Part shown: piece after piece, positions 25,421 through 39,449 of the stretch
Position numbering within the stretch: the first letter of the stretch is position 1
How the letters are laid out: the number at the start of each line of letters is the position of its first letter
Origin: Chiloscyllium plagiosum
Lineage: Eukaryota
DNA: 64,000 nucleotides
Direction of reading: 5' to 3'
NCBI RefSeq assembly: GCF_004010195.1
Contig: NC_057719.1
Coordinates: forward strand, 81,920,309 to 81,984,308
Translations under genes and position numbers: made by a program
The notes under the pieces: generated by a model
Databases searched by the model: none
Seen by the model: only the letters and a program-made list of their open reading frames with translations
What the model was told of the DNA's origin: nothing

Positions 25421-26584
25421 TGCTGTAATGTTGTTCTAACCCAGTCTAACAATGGGGCTACATTCTCAAATAAAGCGCTGTGTCCAGACGATCAGAAGGA
25501 AGGTTGAAGGCTTTAGAGAGGGCACAGGCAAGACTTCAGAGAACAGTTCCAGGGATGAGAGACTTAGTTTTGTCACTTAATTAGAGAAGCTGGTATTGTT
25601 CTCCTTAAAGAAGGAAACGTTGAGAGGAGATTTGATAGGGGTGCTAACGATCTTGAATGGTCTGGACCGAGTAGAAAGAATCAAATCTGTAACCTTGACG
25701 ACTACATCCTCTGGACAAGGGCTACAGTCAGGCTTGTACAACAACTCAGACTTATTTCACATATTTAACACAGCAAAACCTTCCATCAGAACATTATTTA
25801 AAGAAATTGACCAAATGTTTGGAGAAGCGGCTAAATTTTAAGGAGCCTCTTAAGGAGAGAATGGGAAAGACTCAGATTTATGAATTGCAGAGCTTTCGCC
25901 TTTGCTAGCTATAGGCATGCAATTCAGGACAGCACAGTGAAAACTGGAGAGGCACCCAGAGATCTCGAAGAGCTGCAAGGCTGGAACATATGAGGGAGAT
26001 CGAGAAGGTGAGGTTACAGAGAGATTTGAACACAACAAACAAGAGGAGAAATTACAGATTGATAGGAAAGGGCTAAACAGTGAGATCATTGAACTAGCTT
26101 ATTCAAAGAACTAACACAAGCACACTGGGCCAAAGTGACCTCACGCTGTGCTGTATCACTCTTCAACCCTGACCATGTTAAAATCAAGACATTGTGGAAC
26201 CAGGAACCAATGTAGGCCAATAAGCACAAGACTAATTATTGACAAAAACTTCCAGTTGATATTCCTGGATAGCATCAGGAGAAGACTCCTATTCCCCTCC
26301 TGAGCCAAAGGATGTGAAAATCCTCACCGCTGCCCTGACTGTGATCAGTGAACTAAACAAAACTTGATTTTCCGAGAGGCAAGGACATAGTACCCAACCA
26401 TGAGGTTGTGGGGGACAAATAGACCAATTTTAAAAATAGGTCAAGGTTAGGTAAAGAAAAGCTGTTTGGCATGTTTTATACATCTAAACTCTCAAAAACT
26501 CCAACTTTCATGGTTCGAAGAGGAATGGAAGGGAAACCCATCTCCTAGCTGTTATTTACCCTCAAGAGTATAAAAATGCCTTAC

Positions 26585-26780
26585 CTTTTCCGTCAAGCCC
26601 TTGTGCACGCTGCTGATGGTGTTCAACATATAAAGCACTGCAGTCAGGAATGCAAAGGGGGATTTGGACCCCAGGAGGCTAAGGGGAGTCTCTCTCCCAG
26701 CGAATCCCAGTGATACCAGACTGTGGATGGTCTCAGGCCCTGGGTTACAGGACCTCGGGTTGCACAGGGCAGAGTGTGAC
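26585..26780 (-). CDS. RPAP1: RPAP1 coding exon
   Basis: ctcctcag|G TCA...AAG|gtaagg. SHSALCNPRSCNPGPETIHSLVSLGFAGRETPLSLLGSKSPFAFLTAVLYMLNTISSVHKGLTEK. 196 nt. Confidence 0.96.
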
Positions 26781-26989
26781 CTGAGGAGAAGCAACAGCAA
26801 TTAGTCACAAATTGATATTGTGCCAGCTGTAGATTGTGGGCAAAGGGGATACAAGATCCAGTGAGATATCACTCAAATATGTTGCCCCTAACTTTCAATC
26901 GTGTCCCGAACACACATTCTGGCTGCACTCACAACATTGAACTGTGAACTACCTGCAGCAAAGAGCATGAGTCCAAGGCTGCACTGTCT

Positions 26990-29900
26990 GTCTGGCTTCA
27001 GGACATCTGTCCATGCCTAGAGTGAATATGCAGTGAAAGGGGGAGGATCCACTCATTGTGATCCATGGAGGTACCAATGATATAGCAGGGTAAGGGTAGA
27101 GATTCTGCACAGAATCAGTATGGAGAGCTAGGCACCAAATTAAAAAGCAAAATCATTAAAGGCCACAAAATCTGGATTATTACCTTAGCCACGTGCAAAT
27201 TGACACTGACAGGTAGGACTAGAGAAATAAATGGATGACTGATGTGGGAGAAGTGGGTTCTGAAAGTAGGGGATTGGCACCTGTCCTGTAGGATCTGCAA
27301 GATTGGGATAGTCTCCACCTGAACCATACTGGGACCAGTGTTCCAATGAGCATGTATAAAAAGGGACTGGATTTTAAACTAAATAGTAGGAACAAGGGAT
27401 TAGTTTTGGGAAGATAAGGTAACTGAAAGAGTAGAGATAACAAGATAGAAAAAGGAATTAACATGGGAAATGATAAACAGACTGTGACAGGAAAGGATAG
27501 AGAGCACAAATCTAAGAGGTTAAATCAATAGATAAAGCTAGAGGTTACAAAGCTAGTAAAAGGACAAAACTAAATCCAAATGCATGCAGCATTCAAAACA
27601 AAACAGATGAACTTAGAATGCAAATGGAAATACTAGTAAGTAAGCATGACTTGAAAGCCAAGAAAGGGACATGGCTGCAAGATGACAAAAACTGAGACCT
27701 GAATACGGAAAGATACACGATTTTTAGGAATGACAGAAAACCAGGAAAAGGTGGAGGCAGTCTCTGTTAATTCATGATCACGTTGGTCCAATAGATAGAG
27801 ATGACTTATGTTCAGGAAATCAAGTTGTAGAAACCGTTTTGGTAGAGCTGAGAAATTACAGAGGTAAGATGCCACTTGTGGGAGTGTAGAGCCTCCTGTG
27901 TAACAGTACAGCAGAGTATAAAAGGAAGAAAAAATGGGAGCTTATCAGAAAACTAAATCATGGAGGGACTTTAATCTTCACACAAGGCTGGAAATATCAG
28001 ATGGACAAAGGGATCTCAGCTGAGGAGTTCATAGCTTTTTTTGAGCTAGTTCTGAACAGTATATTCTAGAGCTGATTGGAGAATAGAGCTGGTACTGTGC
28101 ATTGATAGAAAATAGCAATAATCATAATATCAATTAATTTTACGTACAGTTTGGAAGAGAGGAGTGGGTTCAAAACTACTATTTTAAACTTAAAGAAGAG
28201 AGCAATTATGAGGTCATGAAAACAGAGGTAGCTAAAGTGAATTGACAATCTAGGTTAAGGGATGGATCAGAATGGCAGACATTTTAGATGATATTTCAGA
28301 ACAGAAAAGTCCAGTGAGAAAGAAAAATTCCAAGGAGTGTACCCAGCATCTGTGGTTAAATTGAAAAAGTTAAACATAGTATGAAGCCTTAAAAAAGTAT
28401 GTAAATTGTGCGGAGACTGGTGGCAGGTAAGAAGATTGGACGGAAGATTTAAAAAAAGCAAAGAAAAACTAAATGGTTAATAAGGGGAGTAAAATTTTTA
28501 CACGAGACCTAGAAATATAAATAATAGATAACAAGAATACCTATAAATATGTTAAAAAGAACTAGAAAAAAGGAAGTAATAATCCTATAGGAAGTGAGTC
28601 AGGGAATTAATAATGGAAAATTAGGAGATGACAGATAAATTGAATAGGTATTTATATCAGCCTTCACTGTAAAGAATACAAGTAATATCCCAGAATTAGC
28701 TGGAAATCAGGAAATGGAGGGAGAGAAGGACTCAAGAAAATTACAATCACCAGGGGAATGGTTCTGAGCAAACCAGTGGCACTGCAAGCTAAAATGTCCC
28801 CATATCCTGATGGACTTCATTATGTTGGCAAATTAATTAGCATTAGTTTTAATTTTCCAAAATTCCCAAGACTCAGGGAAGGTTACCATTAGATTGGAAG
28901 ATACTGAATGTGATTACCTTATTCAAAAGGGTGGGGGGCAGACAGCAGGTAACCAGGCTATCTAGCTTAAAATCTGTCAGTGGGAAGATATTGGAAGATT
29001 TTGGAAGCCATTATCAAAGAAGTTACAGCAGAGCATTTCGAGAAGTTCAAAATAATCAGGTGGAATCAATATGGTTTTGTGAAACCATATTTAACCAACT
29101 GGAGTTCTTTGAGGAAGTAAGCAAGTGCTTGGGTAAAGGATTGGAGACATGTTGTACTTGGATTTCCAGAAGAAAGATCATAAGCTGTCTCATGGAAGGG
29201 TACTATTAAAAATAAGAGCTATGGCATGAAGGGTAACATGTTAGCATGGATAGAAGATTGACGAGCTAATAGGAAACAGTGTAAGCATAAATGGGTCTTC
29301 TTCTGATTGCCAGAGTTTAACAATACTGGGGCTTCAGCCTTTTAGTATTTATTTGGATGAAGAGACTGAAAGTATGGTTGACAAATTTGCTGACGAAAGA
29401 AGATAGAAAAGTAAGTTGTGAAAAGGACATAAGTAGGTTACAAAGGGAGACAGATAAGTGGGCAAAATTCTGGCAATGGAATATAAGTTGTGAAAAATGA
29501 AATTGTCCATTTTGATAGGGAAAACAGAAAGGAAACATATTGTCTACATGGTGAGAGATCGCAGAACTCTGAGATACAGAAAGATATGGACATCCTAGTA
29601 TATATGAATTACAAACGGCTATTATTCAGCTACAGCAAGTAAATAGCACACGATTGTTTGCTGTGGAGGGAATTAACATAAATGCTTCCCTTTATTAATA
29701 AAACCACATCTAGGATACAGTGTATCTTATTAGTCTCTTCATTTAAGGATGGCAAGTTTGTTGTAAAGTCTGAGAGTCAAATGGGCCTGTTTCACTGAAG
29801 TTTAAAAGACTCTGAGAGGAAATCCCATTGAAGTGTATACAATTCTGATAAGTCTTGGCAAAATGGATGCAAGGATGATGTTTCCCCTGGACGGGATATC

Positions 29901-30190
29901 CAGATCAAGGGGTCACAGTGTCAGGAAACATGATTGGACATTGTGGATTTATATGAGAAGACTTTCTTCACCCAGAGGTTGGCGAACCTGTGGAATTCTC
30001 TACTGCATTAGGCTTTGAAGGCCAAGTCAGTGAATAGGTCTAAGAAAGAAAGATAGATTTCTAGAAGTTAGTAGTGTCAAGGGCTATGGGGAGAGAGTGG
30101 GACTGAGATGGAGGATAAGCCATGGACATGTTAAATGGTGAACAGGTTTGATGGGCCAAATGGTCTCCATTTTCTCCTATTTTCTAGGTT
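26990..30190 (+). mobile_element. Old, heavily degenerate CR1 sequence (ORF1 end, APE, RT, plus an adjoining 3' fragment)
   Basis: Remnants of ORF1 (gtaccaatgatatag, tggatgactgatgtgggagaagtgggttc), APE (gggactttaatcttc) and RT (gattggaagatactgaatgtg, ttggatttccagaag, aaatttgctgacg); AT-decayed. Confidence 0.7.
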
Positions 30191-31211
30191 CTTCTATTTT
30201 GATAAAACCTAAGACTCTGAGAAGTCTTGACAGGATGCAAGGAAAGGAAGTCTCCTCTGAAAAGAATCTAGAAATAAGAGTTAGGTTTAAAAATACATTG
30301 TCACTATTTAAAACAGAAGTGAGGCAGAACATTTTCTATCAGAGTATTCCAAGTCTTTGGACTTACAAGGTGGTGAAATTAGAGTCTTTGAATACTCGTA
30401 ACACAGGACAGATTGTTGATGACCAAGAAAGTGAAAAGTTATCAGGGTAAAATTTAGGTTACAATTAGATTAGCTGCCATTGTATCGAACAATGGAGGAA
30501 GTTCAGGGGCTGAGTGTTCTGCATCTGATTTGCATATTCATGTCTTTGCATGTCTAAAGATCCGTCAGGTCTGGACTTGTTGAGAAATGGCATTTTTGTT
30601 GTGGGTGGAAGGAAGCAGGAAGGAAGTCAATAACTGAGGAAGTTTGGTGAAAGTGGCTGCATATGAAGTCAACAACTAGGAATAAAAAAAAGATACCTGC
30701 CCCTCACAGATGTACTGCTTTTCAGCAATCGTTCGACTAGGAGCCAGGATCTGGCCTGGAACGAGCATTCTGAAGGTAGAACATACTCTGCTGGGTATCC
30801 CAGAACAATACTGCAAGAAAATTACTTCATCCTCCTGCTATAGCTGGCACATAACTGTCCATGAATGTCATTCAAGGCCAGTATGAAAACATGACTGCCC
30901 AACTGAGCTAGTGAAACTCAATGATGGATGGGAAAATTTATTGGTTTCAAAATACATGGAGGATGCTACATTCTGAGACACAATGACATGCTAAGTTCAA
31001 CTTAGATGGTTGCTCCATCGCTGAGTCATGTGTGAATCATGAAATGCTGTCACTCTATCCCCAACATGTATTCAAAACTGATGCTCTCTGAAAACTTCAA
31101 TTTCTGATCTGTCTTTCACTCTTTAGCTTCAGACAAATTAGACCTTAAACAATGATCATCCAACCGCACAAATGGTAGGGATTCACAGCCCCAAAAGAAA
31201 CAGGATCTTAC

Positions 31212-31321
31212 CTGAGATCCTCAAACATGCTCTCTAATACTGGCAGGCTAAGGAATGGGAAAAAGGTCCCTGAGCAAAACTGCTCCAGTTCTTCTAAACA
31301 GTCAACCGATCTACAGGATGG
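31212..31321 (-). CDS. RPAP1: RPAP1 coding exon (not in ORF track)
   Basis: ttccacag|CCA...CTC AG|gtaag. PSCRSVDCLEELEQFCSGTFFPFLSLPVLESMFEDL(R). 110 nt; bridges the phases of the flanking exons. Confidence 0.92.
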
Positions 31322-31611
31322 CTGTGGAAAATTCAAGAGAGAACAGCGTTAGAATATAGTGAGAAGTTATCGATGTGTCCACAACTCAGACAAGGAGAAC
31401 ATTACAGCATCCCACTTGCCTGTGCCTGACCTAGGTAAGGTGTCATTATCATGTGTATAACTCAAATTAAATATAAGTCAGAGCATATCATTCCATGTCA
31501 GACCTACGCAAGGAAGTAGCCAGAACATACTACTTAATTTGCATTTAGCTGGGGACAGTATGATCCATGTGTTAAAATGGATTTGTGCTATTCTGATCAC
31601 TGTATCTCTGA

Positions 31612-31950
31612 GAATCATAGGATCCCTACAGTGTGGAAGCAGGCCATTCAGCCTATCGAGCCCACACCAACCCTCTGAAGAGGATCCCACCTAGACACAT
31701 CCCCTCCCCTATCCCTATAACCCTGCATTTCACATGGCTAACCCATCGTGCCTGCACATCCCTCGAGACCACAGGCAATTGAGCATGGCCAATCCCTTAA
31801 CCTGTGCATCTTTGGACTGTGGGAGGAAACCAGAGCACCATGACGAAACTCACACAGCCACAGGGAAAATGTGCAAACTGCACAGTCACCAAGGGTGGGT
31901 CCCTGGTGCTGTGAGGCAGCAGTGCTAACCACTGAGCCACCATGGTGCCA
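31612..31950 (-). mobile_element. V-SINE (HE1-like)
   Basis: Reverse complement of the tRNA head (gtgaggcagcagtgctaaccactgagccacc) and the V-domain. Confidence 0.8.
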
Positions 31951-33070
31951 ACATACTTGATCTATAAAAATTACCCACAGAAGTAGTTGGCCAGAGGTTG
32001 GGAAGAAGCTGAGGGACAGGGGCAAAAAAGTAGGAGACCATGAAAAACAGCAGTGATAAGACAATGCAGACAATGCTACAAATAACTGATTAAAATGTAG
32101 ACTTCCAGCAAGTGATCAGGGAGCAGTAGAATCATGATTGCTAATATGATCAATTAGGTTAGAGGGGAAAATCTAGAACCCCAAATAGGCAAGCCAATTA
32201 TCATGCTTACCAGGTGCAGAGTTTCAATCAGATTAACAGCACTCTCACCTCTGGGTCAGAGCTCAACGCCCATTTCAAAGATACATGATCCAGGATGATT
32301 CTCCACAACAGTAATAGGGAGGGATGGACTGTTGAAGATTCCAACTTTCAGCTGTGACCTTAAACCAAGCCTGATTTGTTCTCTCAAGTGGATGTGAAGA
32401 AGCCATGGCCGTACTTGTGACAAAACCAGGGCAATTTTCTCCAGTGCCCTGGCCAATATTTATCCCACAACTATTGCCACCAAAGTAAATTGAGCTGTTT
32501 GACTGATTGCTGGTAGTTGAAAATTTGTCATGAAAGACTTTACATAAATGTAAGTTCTTTCCAGAGGTAATTTTCAAAAATCGTTCTCAGGATGTGGAAA
32601 ATAGCGACATATATTGCCCATCTTAGCTGTCCTCAGGAAGGGATGGTGGGTCTGAGCAGTGTGATACAGATGATGGTTGGGTTGGAACAGGAATCACAGA
32701 CAGGCTAGACCATTTGAGAAAGGCAGATTTCTTTCTCTAAAAGATATTAGTGAACCAGTTGAGTTTTTACAACTGTTCCTCATTTAAATGTGAGAACCTC
32801 TTTCAACTTTGTCAAAACCAAATTCCAGCTTTCCAAGTATCGGAATTAAACACTGCAATACTAACCCTGAGAGCAGCACCAGTCCATGATCATAATCACC
32901 AACACAACCAGACCCCACAAAACAAAAAAAAACTAACAGAAGTCATGAGATGAGTGTGACAGTGACACGGAAAGGAAAGGAAAATGTGACAAGGTGTAGT
33001 GTTAAAAGGAGCAAGTATCACGTGACATAAAGCATAGGAACAGATGTGGATAAAGACAATAATTACGTAC

Positions 33071-33266
33071 CTGTTGGATGAGTTTACTGTAGTATGTCGC
33101 CAGGTAAATAATATACGTTGCTGTCAGTTGTCTCACTTTATTCCATGTTGCTGGACAGCTGACTTCCTTAAGGCACCTTTTGACACAGGCCTCCAGGAAG
33201 GGTTTGATACCTGCCACATGGCTCCAGTCCAGTGGAGGAGGGGGAATATGTTCCACTTGGTCCTTG
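33071..33266 (-). CDS. RPAP1: RPAP1 coding exon
   Basis: caatag|C AAG...CAG|gtacgt. KDQVEHIPPPPLDWSHVAGIKPFLEACVKRCLKEVSCPATWNKVRQLTATYIIYLATYYSKLIQQ. 196 nt. Confidence 0.9.
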
Positions 33267-35419
33267 CTATTGTAGGACATAAATGGAGTAGTTACTAGTA
33301 ACTTTGTTTCATTTGGGACATAAATGACCAGATATTTTACCTTTTACACAGCAATGTTGGTGGAGTGGGAGAGTAATAACAGCCAGAATGCCAAGAGAGT
33401 GCCTCTGCTTTTCTTTGAGACAGCACAAAGAGATTTATTACAGCCACCCAATGTGGCAAACAAGGCTTCAGTTTAATGTCTCATCAGAGAGGCAGCATCT
33501 CTGACAATGCAGCAATTCCCCAGTTCTCCACTGGTGTGTCAGCCTAGATTTCATGCTCAGGTCTGTCAAACCCATGACCTTGTGACTCAAATGGGAAAGA
33601 GCTACTGCATCGAACAGGCTGTCTAAATCTTTCAATGGGTTCCGAATTAAAGCAGACAGCATTTCAGAAACATGAGCAGCAGTGGTAACCTTGGAAACAG
33701 CCTGATCACAAGCTCTGAGAATACATGAGGGAATTGCTGCAGTGTCAATCACAAAGCCATTGAAATGCGTTTCACTTGGAATCACTGATGACCTAATGTG
33801 ATTGACAAAGGTGCTCTCCACTATAACCCTTAATCACATTACTGACATTTAATGTGTATCTTTGTGTTTCCTTTAATTCCCCACACTAAAATGCTGTGCA
33901 CACTAAGGAGGTGTCAATCACTTTAATACTGACTGTGTAATTGCCAGTAAGTACTGACGGGAAGCATTCAAAAATAGGTAGCATTAATTCAAAAAAGTGT
34001 CCTGCCATGGAAAACAAAACCGGCCTTTGTTGCTGTATAGAACAGTTGCTTAGCAACAGTCATCGACCCTGACGCAATTGCCCCCTCCCCCCACTCCTCA
34101 TGCCCACTATCAAGCTCCAGTCATGTTACATCTGTCTGCAAACCTACCACAGCCGCCTTATGTCAGTATAAGACCTGCTTCAATCATGAGCTGTGGCGCC
34201 AAGCTGCCCAGCAGGACTGTAGTGTACAGCAGGGTGATAATAATATGAGATTAGGCATGGGACAAATTCTTATGTTGTTATAACACATTCAAATTGTACT
34301 GTTAAAGCTCCAGGGTGCTCCACCACAGCAGGGAAACGGTGGCAAAATTAAGGGAGGCAATGTAAAGCAGTGTCGAAGAGATATGCTTTCAATAATTTTT
34401 TCAGAATTTGCAGCAACAGAATTGAGCCATTCAATTTAACTTTATCCAATGCAAAAGCCTCCTCCTCCCCTTCTTTAACTAATCCTGTCAACATATCATT
34501 CCACTCTCTTCCCCTTGACCTGGAAAGACAGAATAATGCAACAACAGGTCTGCACTGGCTCTTACAGAGAGCAATCGAGTTCATCACACCATCACAGCTC
34601 TGGAATGTTTTCTCCTCCAAACACCTGCTCTTTTCAATGGCACTATTCCTTCTGCATCCTCCATCCCATCAAGTTTCAAATTTCAAACCATAACCACGTA
34701 ATGCAAAAAAGTGTTCATCCCCCATGTTTTCTCTGGATCTTTCACCAATCCATTTAAAATCTGTGCCCTCTCATTATTCAGCCAATAGAATCAGTTACTC
34801 TTTATTAGTTGCGCATCATGAATTTCATTATGTTTAAATCTCCTCTTAGTTTTCTCTGTTAAAAGGAAATCAACCCCAACTCTTATGTCAATATAACTGC
34901 AGAATCTCATCCCTGGAACTATTCCATCAAATCTCTTCTGCACCCTCCCTGAAGCTTCATGCCCTTCCTGAAGTGCTGGGCACAAAACCCAGCTGGAGCT
35001 AAATCATGTTTAATTATCAAGTTAGCATGCAGACCTTTTGCAGTCTAGGCTTCTCCTTACAAAACCCAGGATCCCGTGTTTTACTACCACAGATGTCCAC
35101 ATACAAGTCAGGCTCTGAAGCCTTGAAAACCTCTCCAAAAACAGAGGTGCAATTATACTCTGAATATAAAAGTGAACTACTGGCATAGGTGTGGGTAGTG
35201 ACCACGTTATTGATGTCCCATACAAAGAATAGGCATGCCTTAAACTCCCTCAGCAAAACAAGCCAATATCACCGGTTTGATCTCCAATTCTAAAGATACC
35301 AGTCTGTAAAACATGCATTGAACTAAACTACTAATGCACATACAGCATACTGCAGCTGAAAAGGAGAGTCAATCTAAATGCAGAGCAAATGCAAAAATGA
35401 ATATCTTAAATACCAGGTT

Positions 35420-36544
35420 AACTGGCAAGGACTGATTAGGGATAGTCAACATGGCTTTCTGCGTGGGAAACCATGTCTCACAAACTTGACTGAGTTTTTT
35501 GAGCAAGTAACAAAGAGGATTGATGAGGGCAGAGCGGTAGATGTGATCTATATGGACTTCAGTAAGGCGTTCAACAAGGTTCCCCATGGGAGACTGATTA
35601 GCAAGGTTAGATCTCATGGAATACAGGGAGAACTAGCCATTTGGATACAGAACTGGCTCAAAGGTAGAAGACAGAGGGTGGTGGTGGAGGGTTGTTTTTC
35701 AGACTGGAGGCCTGTGACCAGTGCAGTGCCACAAGGATCAGGGCTGGGTCCTNNNNNNNNNNNNNNNNNNNNNNNNNNNNNNNNNNNNNNNNNNNNNNNN
35801 NNNNNNNNNNNNNNNNNNNNNNNNNNNNNNNNNNNNNNNNNNNTTGGAGTGCAGGTTCATAGCTCCTTGAAAGTGGAGTTGCAGGTAGATAGGATAGTGA
35901 AGAAGGCGTTTGGTATGCTTTCCTTTGTTGGTCAAGAGTATTGAGAACAGGAGTTGGGAGGTCATGTTGCGGCTGTACAGGACATTGGTTAGGCCACTGT
36001 TGGAATATTGCGTACAATTCTATCTCCTTCCTATCGGAAAGATGTTGTGAAATTTGAAAGCGTTCAGAAAAGATTTACAAGGATGTTGCCAGGGTTGGAG
36101 GATCTGAGCTACAGGGAGAGGCTGAACAGGCTGGGGCTGTTTTCCCTGGAGCATCGGAGGCTGAGAGGTGATCTTATAGAGGCTTACAAAATTATGAGGG
36201 GCATGGATAGGGTAAATAGACAAAGTCTTTTTCTTGGGATTGGGGAGTCCAGAACTAGAGGGCATAGGTTTATGGTGAGAGGGGAAGATATAAAAGAGAC
36301 CTAAGGGGCAACCTTTTCACGCAGAGGGTGGTATGTGTATGGAATGAGCTGCCAGAGGAAGTGGTGGAGGCTGGTACAATTGCAACATTTAAGAGGCATT
36401 TGGATGGGTATATGAATAGGAAGGGTTTGGAGGGATATGGGCCGGGTACTGGCAGGTGGGACTAGATTGGGTTAGGATATCTGGTCGGCATGGACGGGTT
36501 GGACCGAAGGGTCTGTTTCCATGCTGCACATCTCTATGACTCTA
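35420..36544 (+). mobile_element. Young CR1, RT to 3' end, with an internal gap
   Basis: SQHGFLRGKPCLTNL, YMDFSKAFNKVPH, VPQGSGLGP; ends ctctatgactct. Confidence 0.93.
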
Positions 36545-38240
36545 ACTTATGACATAATTTATTGTAACTGGTTTGTTAACCATTTTCAATGGTAGATCTG
36601 ACTCTTCCTTCTCTCTTCCTAAAGCCCTTTTAACAAATTTTCAGTGAGCTTGCAATCTCGCTTATTCTTCCTACAAAATGCATCATGTCATACCTTTTTG
36701 CCCTGAATTGCGTCTGCTATATGTCTGTCTGTTCCACCAGCCATGTATTACTCCTCAATAGAAACTACATTTACAGATTTTAATTGATCTACAAATTTCA
36801 AAATATTGCCCCGTATCCTCAAAATCAAGTCAGTAAATTACATAGAAACAGCAGTGAACTGAGCAGCAAGCCTTAGGAAGCTCCACTGTATACTTTAAGT
36901 TCCCTCCAATCCAAAAAACAGCCATTCACCACAGCTGTTTTCTTGCTCCTCAGTCAACGTCATATTCATGCTTCCACTGCACCTTTTATCTCACTGGCTT
37001 CAATCTCCAAAGCAGTCTAATGTGTATTACTTTATCAAACACCTTTTGAAAATCCATAGAGATAACAGCATTAATGCTGCCCTAATCCATCTTCCGTTAC
37101 ATTATCAAAAATCACAATCATTCCATGTTTGTCGAAGTGTCTATTATTTTTCTCACAGAATATAATGCAGACGAACAAGTCTCTTGTCCAACCAATTCAC
37201 AATATTTCCTCCTAGACTGTTGTTTCAGAAAGTTCTAAATACTTTTAATTGCCAGGTTTAGCCTTCTCTTCTTTTCTGAGTAAGTGTGCTAGCATTTGAA
37301 ATGATCCAGTCCTTTGGGATTAACCCTTAAGCTAAAGGGGACTGGAACACAGAGGCCAACGTCTCTGTAATATTTACCCTTACTTCCAGCAAAAATTCAT
37401 AATAGATTACCCGTCTGGATAGGATATATTGGCACTGAGTACAAACACCTATCCTGTCTATTTTCCCTACATCCAGCATATCAACAATCAAATTTACAGT
37501 AGTTGTGATACAGTTCTCTTCCCTGATAAAAGTCAACTCAAAGCCCTCATTTGATTGCATGCCTTACCCTCTGTCTCCAAGAGATCCTTCATTTTGGTCA
37601 CTAATTGGCCTCACCAATCCTCTGTAAATCCTTGACGAAGCTTACAGAAAATGGATATCCCTTTGCAACTTCCTAACTTGGTGCAGTTACCAAATTTGAA
37701 TTTCAAGGTTCTCTTAACTGACTGAGATGAATTATGGGGTGACAAATAAAACATAGTTTCAGCCACCCTGCGAGTATGTCTCAACAAGGACTGTCAAAGG
37801 TTACTTGACTAACATAAGGGGCAATCTTTGCTGACCTGACTCACAACAATACCTGCTCAGCAATAGCTTCAAACTCAGTAGTGTCCCACAATGTATAACG
37901 AAGCAGGGTACAAAAGTAGGTTAGTTGCAAAATGAAAAAGCATACCAATGCAGGGAAGGGCCCCAATTTTGAGTTTGTATTAAAGCCTGCACTCCCTGTA
38001 GGATTACCCCAAATTCTATGTGGGTTTCTCAGTAAATTGGAGACTAAACATTGCAAAGGGTTTCCACCAGAGTCATCAAAATATAATTGGGTATGAGAGG
38101 TCAGTGATGATTGTGCCAGGGTGCACAACTTTCCAGCGCAGACGTGAGAAGATATCTGAGGCCTTGGTACAGATGCACATGCAGAAAAGAAAGGCATTTA
38201 ATTCAAACTGGTGCTTAAGAGGAGATACTCAAAGAGGTAC

Positions 38241-38423
38241 CTATGGGTGAACTGGGCCTGCAGTTCAGCAGTACAGCCTGCGCTGCTAGTAACGTTGATC
38301 AAGAGGCAAACCAACATTTCAGCTCTCTGCATGTAAAAACCATACAACTCGTCGTCCTCCATTGGCTGAGAGGTAAGCTTTGGTAGTGTCTGAAGCATCT
38401 TCATCAATGAAGGATATAAGTCT
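38241..38423 (-). CDS. RPAP1: RPAP1 coding exon
   Basis: gttccag|A GAC...CAT AG|gtacct. DLYPSLMKMLQTLPKL...MQRAEMLVCLLINVTSSAGCTAELQAQFTH(S). 183 nt, phase 2-2; the donor is weaker but phase-compatible. Confidence 0.9.
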
Positions 38424-39157
38424 CTGGAACACAAACAGAAATGAGTCACATGAGAAGAGGATAACTGCTCTCTCTTCAAATCGGTGCCAAAACTATTTTG
38501 GGGCAACTCGCACAGCCCTCCTGCCATAGGGAGGAGAAACTATATACTCATTTGGTCTGCACTAGCCAGAACTCAGTGGGAAGCAGGCTTGTCTGTAATT
38601 CAGAGATTTTAAAACAAAATCAAAGGAAAGAAAGGGAGGCCCCAACACTTATCCCACAAGTAGCAAAACTAAAACAGGTTGCCTGAGCATTGCATTGCCA
38701 TTTGTTGTGTGAAAACAGAACTTCACAAATATTGCGAATGCCCCTGATTTCACGAAAGCTGCAAATATATGGGAATTGCAGGTCAGGAAAAGAAATCAGT
38801 TTGTCCATTTTGCCTTCAGTGTCATCATCAGACCTTTTGCTTCTTCTTACCCTACTTCTTCATCTTCCATCCTGGTAACACAACTCCCAGGACCATGCAG
38901 AAATTGAAAACAGCACACCCCCATCCTCCGACACCAGAAATATAAAACAAACCCCAGAATTACCCACACAGCACACCCTATATTGCAAATCCTGTACCAT
39001 GCATGACTACCAATCTTCCGATTTCATCGTACCCAACCACTCGCTCAGCATATGCAAAACCCTTCCAAACATATTTAGCCCCACCACTTAAACCCACATT
39101 CATTCAACACATCTTCAGATCAATGCATCTGTCTGACGTCTATCTCCTCACACTCAC

Positions 39158-39315
39158 TTGTACAGATCACATGCTTGCCCATAGTTCGCTGCAACAGCCC
39201 ATAAGCGCAAGGCCTCAATGCTCAACGCAAAGGCCTCTTGTCGCTCCAATGGCAGATCACAAGGGTCCTCTGCTACAAACCTCCCAATTCGCTCCTTCAT
39301 GTTGTGTTTGTTTAA
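39158..39315 (-). CDS. RPAP1: RPAP1 coding exon
   Basis: ttatacag|TTA...TAC AA|gtgagt. LNKHNMKERIGRFVAEDPCDLPLERQEAFALSIEALRLWAVAANYGQACDLY(K). 158 nt, phase 2 end. Confidence 0.95.
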
Positions 39316-39449
39316 CTGTATAAAAGTACACACATAGGTCATTAAGCAGTCTGTTGCTTCATAAATTATCATAACATAATTCATGCATTTGAACAAGTTA
39401 GACATGGCAAGGTGTGCAGTCCACAGTTATAAACCACTTATTATAAAAA

